Assembly: GCA_030390025.1 (NCBI GenBank)
Contig: CM059432.1
Coordinates: forward strand, 134,418,001-134,482,000
Source of the DNA: Squalus acanthias
Lineage: Eukaryota
Length of the DNA stretch: 64,000 bases
Direction of reading: 5' to 3'
Part shown: positions 49,581 to 62,369 of the stretch, piece after piece
How positions within the stretch are numbered: position 1 is the first letter of the stretch
How the letters are laid out: every line of letters starts with the position of its first letter
Notes under the pieces: model-generated
Seen by the model: only the letters and a program-made list of their open reading frames with translations
Told to the model about the DNA's origin: nothing
The model's database searches: none
Made by a program: the position numbers and the translations under genes

Positions 49581-50624
49581 GGTGCTACTGAGCCACTCTT
49601 GGTTTCACTCTTCAAAATGTCTACTTTTCCATTGACCTGCTGGAAACAGCTCACAGCCACCAGCAATTTCTCTTGTACCTCAACCAAATGGTCATTCTTA
49701 ATGCACGAGCCTAGACAGTGAGTGTCAATGGGTTATTCACCATGGGGCCATCACATAAGAACATAAGAATTAGGAGCAAGAGTAGCCCATTCAGCCCCTC
49801 AAGCCTGCTCTGCCATTCAATAAGATCATGGCTGATCTACGACCTCAACACTACTTTCCTGCCCGATCTCCATATCCCTTGATTCCCCGAGAGTCCAAAA
49901 ATCTATCGATCTCAACCTTGAATATACTCAATGACTGAGCATGCACAGCCCTCTGGGGCAGAGAATTCCAAAGATTCACAACCCCCAGAGTGAAGAAGTT
50001 CCGCCTCGTCTCAGTCTTTAAGGCCAACCCCTTATCCTGAGACTATGCCCCCTAGTTCTGGACTCTCCAGAAACAATCTCTCAGCATCTAGCCTGTCAAT
50101 TCCCCTCAGAATCTTATATGTTTCAATGAGATCTCCTCTCATTCTTCTAAATTCCAAAGAGTATTGGTCTAATCCACTCAATCTCTCCTCATAGGACAAC
50201 CTCTCATCCCAGGGATTAGTCTAGTGAACCTTCGTAGAACCGCCTCTAAGATAAGTATATCCTTCCTTAGATAAGGAGTCCAAAACTGTACACAGTACTC
50301 CAGGTGTGGTTTCACCAAAGCCCTGTACAATTGTAGCAAGACTTTCTTACTCTTATACTCTAACCCCCTAGTAATAAAGGCCAACATGCCATTTGCCTTC
50401 CTAATTGCTTGCTGTACCTGCATGCTAACTCTGTGTTTCCTTTACGAGGACACCTAAATCTCTCTGAACACCGCCATTTAATAGTTCCTCACCATTTAAA
50501 AAATATTCTGCTTTTCTATTCTTCCTACCAAAGTGAATAACCTCACGTTTCCCTACATTATACTCCATCTGCTACCTTATTGCCCCACTCACTTAATCTG
50601 TCTATATCCCTTTGCAGACTCTTT

Positions 50625-51500
50625 GGCTGGAATTTTGCCAGTGCTCAGAATGCAGGTTTGGAGGCGGGACCGCTGTCAAAATCGCAAAGATTGATAGAGG
50701 GTAGGAAACCCGCTGTCAACCCGCCTCCAATCAATCTTCCCAAGTGTCGGGTCCCCGATTTGCGCATGGACCTGACACCTAGCGATGGGAAGAGGATTAT
50801 AGCCACTCAGCTGCCTGTTAACAGGTATTTGATAGTTGTTAACAGGCTCTTTTTCAATTTTGCCGCTTCTGGCTGGGGTTTCCCGATGTCCGGACACCAC
50901 GCCAGGTAAGTGTGGCATGTTGTGAGTCTGCTGTAATGTTTCTGCATTGATGACAGCTGCAGAAGTGGTGTGAAGGATCCAATGGTGCACTGGTGAGTTT
51001 CAGAGGTAAGAAAATGTTGGGAAAATCATTTTTAATGCATTTACACTTTTCTGTAGGTAACAAGTTTTGATTTGGATGTCTAGTCCCACCTCATTGGGAG
51101 AACCTCTCTCATCAGTGACAGATCGCTTCTGTAACCTCACCTGCAGCTGCCATCTGTTCTAGCCTAAGGAGGGAGTCACTGGAGAGCCTGGGTGCAAGAG
51201 CTCGCCTTTGTACAGTGATTGTCAGTGTTTGCAGCACCTCAATGCTGTCAAACACTGAGAAATGAGCTGTCAAAAAAAAATTGTGCGTGGCCCCTTTAAG
51301 AAAATCAGCAGATGACACGTCATCAAATGACGTCATCTGACCGGCTTCCTCTTAATTGGCCGGCAAGCCCACAGGGCGGGCTTAACAAGGCCAATTGACG
51401 TAAAATCACGTTCGTGGCCCGGATGCAGTTGGGGGCGGGACTGGTACCCAGAAACCAGCTGACCCGTTCCCAACCCGCATCTATTTACAAAATCGCAGCC
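50625..51500. mobile_element. Non-autonomous Harbinger/PIF element (copy C)
   Basis: TIRs GGCTGGAATTTTG / CAAAATCGCAGCC with 3-bp TSD TTT. CR1 GCAGACTCTTT|GTGT rejoins. Confidence 0.88.
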
Positions 51501-52138
51501 TTTGTGTTCTCCTCACAGCTTACTGTCCCACCTAACTTTGTATCATCAGCAAACTTGGATACATTACACTCTGCCCCTTCATCTAAGTTATTAATATAGA
51601 TTGTAAATAGCTGAGGCCCAAGCACTGATCCTTGCAGCACCCCACTAGTTACAGCCTGCCAATCTGAAAATAACCAATCCTCTATCCATGCTAATATATT
51701 ACCTCCAATCCCATGAGCCCTAATCTTGTGTAACAACCTTTTATGTGGCACCTTATTGAATGCCTTTTGGAAATCCAAATATACTACATCCACTGGTTCC
51801 CCTTTATCTACCCTGCTAGTTACATCTTCAAAAAACTCCAGTAATTTGTCAAACACGATTTCCCTTTCATAAAACTATGTTGACTCTGCCTAATGATATT
51901 ATGATATTCTAAGTGCCCTGTTACCACTTCCTTAATAATGGATTCCAGCATTTTCCCGATGACGGATGTCAGGCTAACTGGCCTGTAGTTCCCTGTTTTC
52001 TCTCTTCCTCCTTTCTTGAATAGCGGCGTTACATTTGCTACCTTCCAATCCACTGGGACCGTTCTAGAATCTAGGGAATTTTGGAAGATCACAACCAATG
52101 CATCCCCTACCTCTGCAGCCACCTCTTTTAGACCCCGA

Positions 52139-52902
52139 GGGCTAGAAATTCAGTAGCGCTCCAGTTGGGGTGCTAACTTTTGAAAAGTAGTGCCGGGCAC
52201 TAATGATTCACTCCTGCTGGGAAATTCAGCTTTAGCGCTCCAAGAAGGAAGTGGAGCGCTAAATCAAGCGCTAACCACTTCTCTCAGGGCGCTAAACTCC
52301 GAGAGCGGGGCAGTAGCGGCAGAGCGCTGAACAATGTGGAGAGCAAAGATACCGGCATCGGAGGCTGCTTCCCTCGCTTAAAGGGAAGGGCCAATGATGG
52401 TGCACAACATACTTCTGCTCAATTCTGCATTGCCAGGCAACCTGCGCGCCTGCCATTACAGCCCCAAACACTCTGAAAGTGGAGGGCTTGGACATCTCGC
52501 AGCAACAAAGCATCAAAAACTTTCAGCAGGCACCAGACTGGTGCAAAGAATACAGTTTGGCCTACCTGAAAACCATTCCCTTTAATTAGCGCTCCCCAAG
52601 CGGCCAGCCGAATTGACAACGCCTCCTCTTCCTGCCGTTGTTCAAGCCCGGTGATACAGCAGGGGGCGGGAGGCAATTTCACATCCGGGGCGATAACGGG
52701 GCGCTGCGCACTTTATTACATCATGATCTGCGAGGCGCTAGAGAGCGAGGCAGGTAAGTGTTAGCGCCAGCGCTAAACCAGCAGAGAAGTTTGCGGACAT
52801 CGCTGTATTCACCATGCCCGGTCGCTAACCCCTTAACGCCCCATTACCTCCCCCTCCCCCCAGGCGCTAATGGGAGGCGCAAAGCAGCCGAATTTCTCCC
52901 CC
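52139..52902. mobile_element. GC-rich Harbinger-type MITE (second family)
   Basis: TIRs GGGCTAGAAATTC / GAATTTCTCCCC, TSD CGA/CTA (one mismatch), and repeated GCGCTAA motifs. Confidence 0.78.
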
Positions 52903-53040
52903 CTAGGATGTAATCATGGGGATTTGTCGGCTTTTAGTCCCATTAGTTTCCCAAGTACTTTTTCTCTACTGATATTAATTACTTTAAGTTCCTCACTCTC
53001 ATTAGCCCCTTGGTTCCCCACTATTTTTGGTATACATTTT

Positions 53041-53779
53041 GGGGGGGAAATTGGGTTGCTTTGCACCTCCGTTAGTGCCCTAAGAGGGCGCTAACGGGGC
53101 GCAAAGCAACTAGCGCCCGGGCGTGACGCTGCCCACACCTCCCGCAAAATTCAGCAGGAGGTTAGCTGTGGCGCTAACCAGTAGCGCCCCGCAGCGCTGC
53201 CGTCATCGCCGTGCGCAGTACCCTGCTCGTGCCCCGGCCGCGATCTTTGGAATTGCCCCCTGACTTACCGCCAGACGCTATGTCCGACAGGGTCAGGGGG
53301 GCCTAGCTGCGGCCGTGGAGGCGCAATTTAAAGGTGAGGTGCGGGGCAGCCATTTTTGTTGCTGGCCGCCTGCCAGCACCTGCCTGCGCTCCCGTCCCCG
53401 GCCTCCTGAACGGCCACCCCCCCGCGGAATGCCGGCTGCGCTCCAAGAGCCCGGCACTTCTCTTGAGTGCCGGGCTCTTTTGATGGCACTCCTGATCCCC
53501 GGGGGCTCAGCTGGGCCCCGGGTCGCGCTGCGCAAGGCCCCTCCCCTTTAAGAAGGGGAGGAAGGCCTGCAATACCGCGGCGCGACGTGCCGCAGCGCCA
53601 CGTAGCACCGCGATATTGACTCGCAGCGCCCCAAGAGGGATGCGGGGCGTTTCCAGTAGTGCCCCGCTTCCCTCTTGGGGCACAACCACTCAAGTTCTGG
53701 TGCGGGGGTACTAATTTTTCCGGGGCGCTAACCCGGCAAAGTTAGCGCTCCCAACGGGGCGCTACTCAATTTTTAGCCC
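53041..53779. mobile_element. GC-rich Harbinger-type MITE related to 52139, opposite orientation
   Basis: Ends GGGGGGAAATTG / CAATTTTTAGCCC with TSD TTT. The reverse complement of the right end (GGGCTAAAAATTGAGTAGCGCCCCGTTGGGAGCGCTAACTTT) matches the left end of 52139. Confidence 0.8.
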
Positions 53780-54469
53780 TTTGTGTTTTCTACTGTGAAG
53801 ACAGATACGAAATATTTATTTAAGGTCACTGCCATTTCTTTGTTCCCCAATATAATTTCTCCTGTCTCAGCCTCTAAGGGACCAACACTTGCTTTTGCTA
53901 CTCTCATCCTTTTTACATACTTGTAGAAGCTCTTACAATCTGTTCTTATATTTCTTGCTAATTTACTCTCATATTCCATTTTCTCCCTTTTTAATCAATT
54001 TTTTGGTCAAGCTTTGCTGGTTTCTAAACTTTCTCAGTCATCAGGCTTACTACTATACTTCGCAACATTAAAAGCTTCTTCGTTTAATTTAATACTATCC
54101 TTAACTTCTTTAGTTAGCCACGGTTGGATCACTTTTCCCATGCTTTTCCAGTCCTCATGCAGCATTCTCACACACACACCTTCCAGCATGGGGTCATAGA
54201 TAGTAATCAGGAGCAGGAATTTCTGACCAATCTTTCTTCTCCCTGTCTGGGAAGACTGAAGCTAATTGTAGCGGTCTCTATTGGCACCCTAGCTGAAACT
54301 GGCTAACTCAGCACAGACCAGGAATTGAATCTGGGACCTTCTGGTTTGTATGATTAAGTGTCTTACCACATAGTCCATTTATCTATACAGCCAATAAGAA
54401 TTCCCCAGCATAAGTTAATTTAATCATATTCATACTCCAACTGACCAAGCAGTGAATATATTTATAAGG

Positions 54470-56210
54470 CAATAGCAAAATACTGCGAATGCTGGAAATC
54501 TGAAATAAAAACAGAAAATGCTGGAAATACTCAGCAGGTCAGGCAGCATCTGTAGAGAGAGAAACAGAGTTAACGTTTCAGGTTGATGACCCTTCATCAG
54601 AACTGGAAAAAGTTGGAGATGTAACAGGTTTTTAAGCAAGTGTAGGGGCAGGGAAACGGGGGAGGAGAGGAAAGAACAAAAGGGAAGGTCTGTGATAGGA
54701 TGGAAGGCAGGAGAGATTAAGAGACAAAAGGGATGATGGTGCAAAGCAAAAGGAGATGGTAATGGGACAAGTTAAGAAACAAAAGATGATTCTAGATGAA
54801 GTGTAAATGGCAATGGCAGAATAATCAACAGCTGCCATGTGAGAGAGAGAAAAAAAAAGAAAAAAAAAGATAGAGGCAGAGGGTATGGTCTGAAATTGTT
54901 GAACCCAATGTTGAGTCCAGAAGGCTGTATTGTGCCTAATCGAAAGATGAGGTGCTGTTCCTCAAGCTTACGTTGAGCATCATTGGAACAGTGCAACAGG
55001 CCAAGGACGGAGAGGTCAGAGTGGGAGTGGAGTGGAGAATTAAAGTGACAGGCGACCGGAAGCTCGGGGTCACCCTTACGGACTGAACGGAGGTGTTCTG
55101 CAAAGCAGTCACCCAATCTGCGTTTGGTCTCTGCAATGTAGAGGAGACCGCATCGTGAGCAGCGAATACAGTATACTAAATTGCAAGAAGTACAAGTAAA
55201 TCACTGTTTCACCTTGAAGGAGTGTTTGGGGCCCTGGACAGTGGGAAGGGAGGAGGTAAAAGGGCATGTGTTGCATCTCCTGCGCTTGCATGGGAAGGGG
55301 AAGGGGTGTTTGGGGTGATAGAGAGTGGACCAGGGTGTCGCGGAGTGAGCGGTCCCTTAGGAATGCTGAAAGGGGAGGTGAGGGGAAGATGTATTTGGTG
55401 GTGGGATTACGCTGGAGGTGGCGGAAATGGCGGAGGATGATCTGTTGAATGTGGAGGCTGGTGGGGTGAAAGGTGAGGACAAGGGGAACCCTATCGTGGT
55501 TCCGGGAGGGAGGGGAAGGGGTGAGAGCAGAAGTGCGGGAAATAGAACGGACACGGGGAATCCTCGGTTGAGGAAAAAGGAAGACATGTCGGAAGCACTA
55601 GTATGGAAGGTGGCATCATCAGAACAGATGCGGCGGAGACGGAGAAACTGGGAGAATGGAATAGAGTCGTTACAAGAAGCAGGGTGGGAGGAAGTGTAGT
55701 CCAGGTAGCTGTGAGAGTCAGTGGGCTTATAGTGAATGTTTGTCGATAGCCTATCCCCAGAGATGGAGACAGAGAAGTCGAGGAAGGGAAGGGAAGAGTC
55801 GGAGATGGACCATGTGAAGGTGGGGGAAGGGTGGAAATTGGAAGCAAAGTGAATGACATTTTCTAGTTCAGGGCAAGAGCAGGAAACGGCACCGATACAG
55901 TCATCAATGTACCGGAAAAAGAGGTGAGGGAGGAGACCTGAGTAGGACTGGAACAAAGAATGTTCCACATATCCCACGAAAAGGCAAGCGTTGCTAGGAC
56001 CCATGCGAGTTCCCATAGCAACACCTTTAATTTGGAGGAAGTGAGTGGAGTCAAAGGAGAAGTTGTTCAATGTGAGAACAAGTTCAGCCAGGTGAAGGAG
56101 GGTGGTGGTGGTTGGGCCTCTGTTCAAGGAAGAAGCGGCGCGCCCTCAGGCCATCCTGGTGGGGGATGGAGGTGTAGAGGGATTGTACGTCCATAGTGAA
56201 AAGGAGACGG
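54470..56210 (-). mobile_element. Penelope-like element (family A), 5'-truncated RT + GIY-YIG + pLTR
   Basis: LTLNNFSFDSTHFLQIKGVAMGTRMGPS...FFRYIDD (PLE RT). Paralogous to 21870-23381. Confidence 0.93.
54568..54604 (-). ncRNA. Minimal hammerhead ribozyme motif (family A)
   Basis: Reverse complement: AGUU-CUGAUGA-A-GGGUCAUCAACCU-GAAAC-GUU-AACU, with one mismatch in helix II. Confidence 0.7.
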
Positions 56211-56784
56211 CATTTTTAGAAGCATTTTCTTGTACTGTCTGAGTTACTGCAAAGATTTGATTACTAACCTTGAGAGTTGTGGGAGATAAAATTATCATGC
56301 AAACAGCTCAATAACATGTTGTGACTGTATTGTACTCACTATCATTGTATATGCAGATGATCATCATAAATACTAGTAAGTGTTTCGAGTTTACACACTG
56401 GGGCAGATATTAGCCTAAAAATGACTGTTCCTGATATTAACAGACAAAGACTTAAATCAATTGTATGACACTGCTATTATAACAGAGCCATTAAACCATT
56501 TATTTTAAATAGATTAACTTCTCTGTTCATGCATTAAATTAATGCTTCCAATAAAACAGCAAATGGAGGAACATTATACAAATATTAAGCGTTTGTCCAC
56601 TAGTATCAGAAATAGTAATTTCTTGGTTATGATCTCCTTTGGTCAGAGAACAAAAGAAAAGAAAGCATTTATAGATATTAAGAATCAATTAAGGTATTCT
56701 GTTACTGGAGAAATCTTTTCAGATATTAATTAATTGGCAATATGCATAACATGTACTCTGGGAATGTAATTTTTTTGAATTATT

Positions 56785-57860
56785 TATTCATTCACGGGAT
56801 GTGGGCGTCGTTGGGAACGCCAGCATTTATTGCCCATCCCTAATTGTCCTTGAGAAGGTGGTGGTGAGCTGCCTTCTTGAACCGCTGCAGTCCGTGTGGT
56901 GAAGGGTACTCCCACACTGCCGTTAGGTAGGGAGTTCCCAGCAATGATGAAGGATCAGCGATATCTTTCCAAGTCAGGACGGTGCGTGACTTGGAGGGAA
57001 CTTGCAGGTGGTGGTGTTCCCATGCACCTGCTGCCCTTGTCCTTCTAGATGCTAGAGGTCGCAGGTTTGGGAGATGCTGTCGAAGAAGCCTTGGCGAATT
57101 GCTACAGTGCATCTTGTAGATGGTACACACCTACATGCGCTGGTGGTGGGGTGACTGAATGTTTAAAGTGGTGGATGGGGTGCCAAACAAGTGGGCTGCT
57201 TTGTCCTGGATAATGTCGAGCTTTTTGAGTGTTGTTGGCGCTGCACTCATCCAGGCAAGTGCCTTGTAGATGGCAGAAAGGCTTTGGGGAGTCAGGAGGT
57301 GAGATACTCACCACAGAATACCCAGCCTCTGACCTGCTCTTGTAGCCACAGTATTTATGTGGCTGGTCCAGTTAAGTTTCTGGTCAATGGTGACCCCCAG
57401 AATGTCGATGGTGGGAGATTGGAGCATGATAATGCCATTGAATGTCAAGGGGAGGTGGTTAGACTCTCTCTTGTTGGAGATGGTCATTGCCTGGCACTTG
57501 TGTGGTGCAAATGTTACTTGCCACTTATCAGCCCAAGCCTGGATGCTGTCCAGGTCTTGTTACATGCGGGCACAGACTGCTTCATTATCTGAGGAGTTGT
57601 GAATGGAACTGAATACAGTGCAATTATCAGCGAACAACCCCAATTCTGACCTTATGATGAAGGAAAGGTCAATGATGAAGCAGGTGGTTGGGCCTCGTGC
57701 ACTGTCCTGAGGAACTCCTGCAGCGATGTCCTGGGGCTGAGATGATTGATCTCCAACAACTACAACCATCTTCCCTTGTGCAAGATATGACTTCAGCCAC
57801 TGGAGAGTTTTCCCCCTTGACTTCAATTTTACTAGGGCTCCTTGATGCCACACTCAGTCA
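56785..57860 (-). mobile_element. Decayed copy of the LINE family at 47285-49580
   Basis: WHQGALVKLKS...AGVPQDS...LFADN, and FKKAAHHHLLKDN. Confidence 0.9.
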
Positions 57861-58728
57861 AATTCCATTTTTTTACACGAAAAAAGAATTCATATTATAA
57901 ATATGAGAAAAAAATAAGCAAGACCAGTCATCTACAGGAATATGAGAGCGACTGTCTATTTAATAGTATATTAACTGGCTGCAATGTTTTTAAAAATGGG
58001 ATATTACGTGAAGCAGTACACGCAAGATTTGTGCATCCTTGACAGTGATACATCCAGGCAACAACAATCTACCAATTCTCAATACAGAGCCCATTCTGGA
58101 GCTTGTGCATTAATGAGGCACAACAGTCTTAATGAGTGCAAGTAAGTATTTGTATAACTAATGCCATCAAACAGTTTGCAAAATATCAGAACAATGTAAT
58201 TATTTTCATACTTAGCAAGATTTTACTTTAATAGCCACCCAGGAATAAACACAAGGGGATCATAAATAAATGATGCACAGTCTAACAGGAAATTAACAGG
58301 ATTAATATCTGGGAACAGAATTGATAGATTTTGCTATCTGGAGATGACTTGACAAAGGGGATGATTTAATTTTCATCACAGAAGTCCAGTTAACAGCCAT
58401 TAATTATACAATATGTGCAGAAACTACAGCTGTGCAGGAAGAGACCTGCGCAAGTCTTAACTCCTGGTTGCAATGATATCTGGGATTACAGTCAAAAGGG
58501 TAAAACTAGCAGAGCAAAGGATTGGCTAAGTGTTACACAGTACTGGTACATCAGACCTGTGATAGAAGAATTCTATTGTACTCTGACAGTTGGCGGTCAG
58601 AGAGACATGCTCAGTCAGAAAAATGGTACTGTATACAGGCACTCCAGTAGCTCTTATAAGTAGTTGCCTTTTAAAGACTTTTTTTTGTTTACTGAATGGA
58701 AGCAAAGCAACCCCTTAGTAGAATCATA

Positions 58729-60528
58729 GGCCGCGATTTCGCCATCGGAGGCGGGATCGCGGTGGGAGAGGTCGTTGGCGGGTCCAGGTCCCGCTCCCGG
58801 CTCCAGCCGCTCTGTGAAAAGGATTTTCCCCTGATCGGCCTTGTTAAGCCCGCCCTGCGAGGTTCCCATCCAATTAAAAGGAAGTGGGTCTGATGCTATC
58901 ATTTGATGACATGTCATCAGCCGGTTTCCTTAAAGGGACCATGGCCACATTCATTTTGACAGTTGTGCTGTCAGTGTTCTACAGCATTGAGGTGCTGCAG
59001 AACACTGATAATCACTGACAGAGGTACACGGCTGCACCCAGGCTCCTGCATAACTCCGTATGCTATGGAGGGAGTCACTGCACGCAGGGAGGTCCTCTTC
59101 CCTTCCCAAGGGCGGAAGAGACCTCCCCAGGAGATCAACGCAGCCTGGTTGCACATTGCACAGGAGGGCACAAGCAGTGATGTCGTCAGGAGGACCAGGC
59201 TGCAGTGGCACAAACCTTTCAATCATCTCAGTAGATCACGAAATGTTACTGCCAAGCCACACTCAACCTCATCCTGCTGTGCCACTCAACACATCCCCAT
59301 TACTCTGCCTTCCCTACCCTACTCCTGCACATCTTTACTCACACCAACTTACCTTGCACCTCCAGCCATCCCTCTCTATCTACATTATCACTTGCCCATC
59401 TCATTCGCCACCCCTCACACTCATCCTCAACCTACTGCAAGCATACCAACTAACAATACACAAGGGTAGGCACTTGAGTGGTTTAGCCAATGTTCATGTG
59501 AAGTTTCTGTTAATGTGTTGTCAAACATTGAAATCTATAGTTTCAACACTTTACCTTATTGGACAGATCTGTGCTCACCTTTGGAAGTGTCTTAATGAGT
59601 TCCAGTGAATGTTGAGACATAACTCCCCCACCCCCACCCCCCGCCCCCGCTAGTTGTGATGAGTGTGAAAGGAATGGCTTGGACATTGTAGGAATGCTTT
59701 ATGGTGCTCATGTGGGGTGGTGTCAACCTGGTGCATCATGTGGCAGGCAGGGTTTACAGCATCAAGTGAAGTAAATCTGGCCATGGTGATGCCATCGCTG
59801 GCCTCCCGGGCAGCAATGTGGTCGAGTGCTGATGCCCTGTGTCCTGTGCAGCATCAGGTGATTGCGGAGAAGGTTGGTATTGTTGTTCGTAATGTTGGTG
59901 TGCCTGGTGATGTTGGTGCTGGGGCTGATCGTGGAGGGATTCAGAGAACCAAGGTGAGATTTTTTCAAGGGCACCGATGTTGCTGGAATAGATGGCAGCT
60001 GAAGTTGAGATGACAGAAGCGGTCTGTCAATGGTGAGAGAGCTTGCTCCAAGGAAGTGACAGTGGATAGAGAGTTTACTCCAAATACTTCCAAACTACAT
60101 AAAGCTCAAAAGTGTCTTCCAAGTCCTGAAGGCTGAAGCTTCTGACATTGGAAAGTGAACAGCTGTGAAATGATAGCTTTCATACAACTTTTGCAGCTGT
60201 CACCTATTTACAGCAATGGGGAGACATGGAGAATCCGACCAACTTACCTGACGTGATCTCCGAATGATGTGAAGCCCGTTAAAAAAGTGGGAAAAGAGAA
60301 ATAGACTGGCAAAATAGTAGATAACGAGTGTTTAACAAGCATTTAACTAACTTAAATGCCTCCCCCGCTGCTTGGTGTCGGGTCTGTTCTGAAATCGCAG
60401 ACCCGAAACTTTGGAAACTTACATGGAGGCGGGTTCGGAGCGGGTTCCCAACCCGCTGTCAATCATTTCGATTTTGACAGCGTACCCGCCTCCGAACCTG
60501 CACTCTGAGCGCCGGCAAAATTCAGCCC
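58729..60528 (+). mobile_element. Non-autonomous Harbinger/PIF element (copy D, 1.8 kb) with a Myb/SANT exon on the plus strand
   Basis: Ends GGCCGCGATTTCGCC / GGCAAAATTCAGCCC with 3-bp TSD ATA. MEGVTARREVLFPSQGRKRPPQEINAAWLHIAQEGTSSDVVRRTRLQWHKPFNHLSRS is Myb/SANT-like. Inserted in a CR1 (AGAATCAT)n tail. Confidence 0.85.
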
Positions 60529-60785
60529 ATAGATTCAGAGAATCTTAGAATCTTACAGCACAGAAGGAGGCCATTCGGCCCATAGTGCCTGTGCCGGCTC
60601 TTTGAAAGAGCTATTCAATTAGTCCCACTCCCCCTACCCTTTCCCCATTGTCCTACAATTTTTTTCCCCTTCAAGTATATACCCAATTCCCTTTTGAAAG
60701 TTACTATTGAATCTGCTTCCACCGCTCTTTCAGACAGTGCATTCCAGATCATAACAACTCGCTGCGTAAAACAATTCTCCTCATT
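60529..60785 (-). mobile_element. CR1 3'-end fragment
   Basis: AGAATCTTACAGCACAGAAGGAGGCCATTCGGCCC...CAATTCCCTTTTGAAAG. Confidence 0.88.
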
Positions 60786-61357
60786 TCTATTAACTATAAA
60801 CTAAGAGATTGTGCTGTGTTATATTTTCCTTCATGTACTGTTCTTGGCAGGTTCAAAAATAACATTCAAATAATCAGTATTCCAAAACAGATGCTTGTTT
60901 TTTTTTTAGAGCTCATTGACTGGGGATGAATTCTAGCAAATAACTGCAAAAGAGGTTCAGATAATTAGCAAGCTTGTTTATCACATTCTTTACCATGGGG
61001 GTCGTTCTAATCAAAATACATTTTTGGTTAGGGCAAGCTGTGTCATCAGCATGATTAAACCACTTTCTTCTGCTAATGAGACCAGTCATCTATTTAAATT
61101 ACAAGGTTCTGTGATACAAGGAATAATTTCAGACAAAATGAAAGCTGGTTTCCTTCTGTAGATTATCCATTTGAATTTCACATAACAGTTTGAACCTTGA
61201 TAGCTGCCCCGAGACATAATCATTATATGTGTTTAGTAATGATCACAGTTCCAGGATCCATGGGTATTTAGTAATGGATAACAATTGACATCATCTCCAA
61301 AAAGTAACTATTTCATAATCCTCATAGGGTTAGGTCGTACTAAAATATTTATATAAT

Positions 61358-62241
61358 GGGGCAGAATTTGCGGTCGGTTTGGCGGTGTACTTTCAGAGTA
61401 CGCCGTCATACTGCCTTTGAAATTGACTGCAAGTTCAGGATTTCCAGCGCATGTGCTAAATCCCGAACCTGTGATCTGTCAAGTTCTGACTAGACAGATC
61501 GTCCGCTGCGACTGTGAAATCCTCATTGCTGGCACAGAGTTGGGCTAATTGCCCACCAACTGCCCAGCAATTATGCGTGAAAATTTTACGGCCGGTAGTT
61601 ACAGGGCGTAGAAGCCTGTTTGCACATCGTATGGGGAGGGGGGTTAGTTGTCTATACTGTTTTAATATTCAACATAGCTTTGTATTCTCATACAAACACT
61701 GCGATTACTTTGTATTGTTCTCACTCTGCTGTCCATCACTCTGATTACGAATTATTCCCAGTCACCAGACGTTTTGCTTAATAAAGTAATTGGATATTGC
61801 TGAAACAAGATTTGCTGCCTAATATTTCTTTGCCGTACCTTGCTTAGAATAATTGTTGATTTTATTCATTTCACTCTATGTAAGTAAAACTGGATGGATC
61901 TCGAAAAGGGATCAGTGTTTATTTTACAAAAAATATTCCTTGCCAGTTTAACTTGAGTGTTATAATGATTATCATTACTATTTACAATTCAAATCAATAT
62001 TCACACCGTTTAATTTTAAATTTGATTGATGTCGGGCATCAGAGATATCTGTTTCCTGATTGGCACACTGCCCCACGTGATCCCAGGTACGCTTACGCAC
62101 ACGGTGCGCCCCTGAGATCCGTGGGCCACTACGCTGCCCTCAACTCCGCAGCGAAACAACGCAAGTTTTCAATGGGGCCCATCTCACCAGGTAAGTGCGG
62201 ATTTCTATCGGAGGTCGGTGGCTGACCGCAATTTCAGGGCC
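61358..62241. mobile_element. Harbinger-type MITE
   Basis: Inverted ends GGGGCAGAATTTGCGGTCGG / CTGACCGCAATTTCAGGGCC, flanked by AAT/ATT. Confidence 0.6.
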
Positions 62242-62369
62242 ATTATAATTAAGTTTAAAACAATGAAGGTCTACAATACTTTGAAATCAGGAAAGGAACA
62301 GCCACATGGAATTGTTGATTTTCCCATGGAAGATATCATATGCACCACACTAGCACTATTTAGACAAAA

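Larger units (their letters stand above)
49753..54140 (-). mobile_element. CR1 LINE (minus), decayed, carrying three nested DNA elements and itself sitting within a SINE relic
   Basis: RT fragments at 50178-50423, 51485-52122 and 53773-53979. (AAGAACAT)n tail at 49755. SINE halves at ~49680-49752 and ~54141-54395. Confidence 0.9.

Noticed and set aside
54458..56223. Possible TSD ATATTTATAAGG / ATTTTTAGAAGC around the minus-strand Penelope
   Set aside because: Three mismatches in AT-rich sequence, too weak to call.
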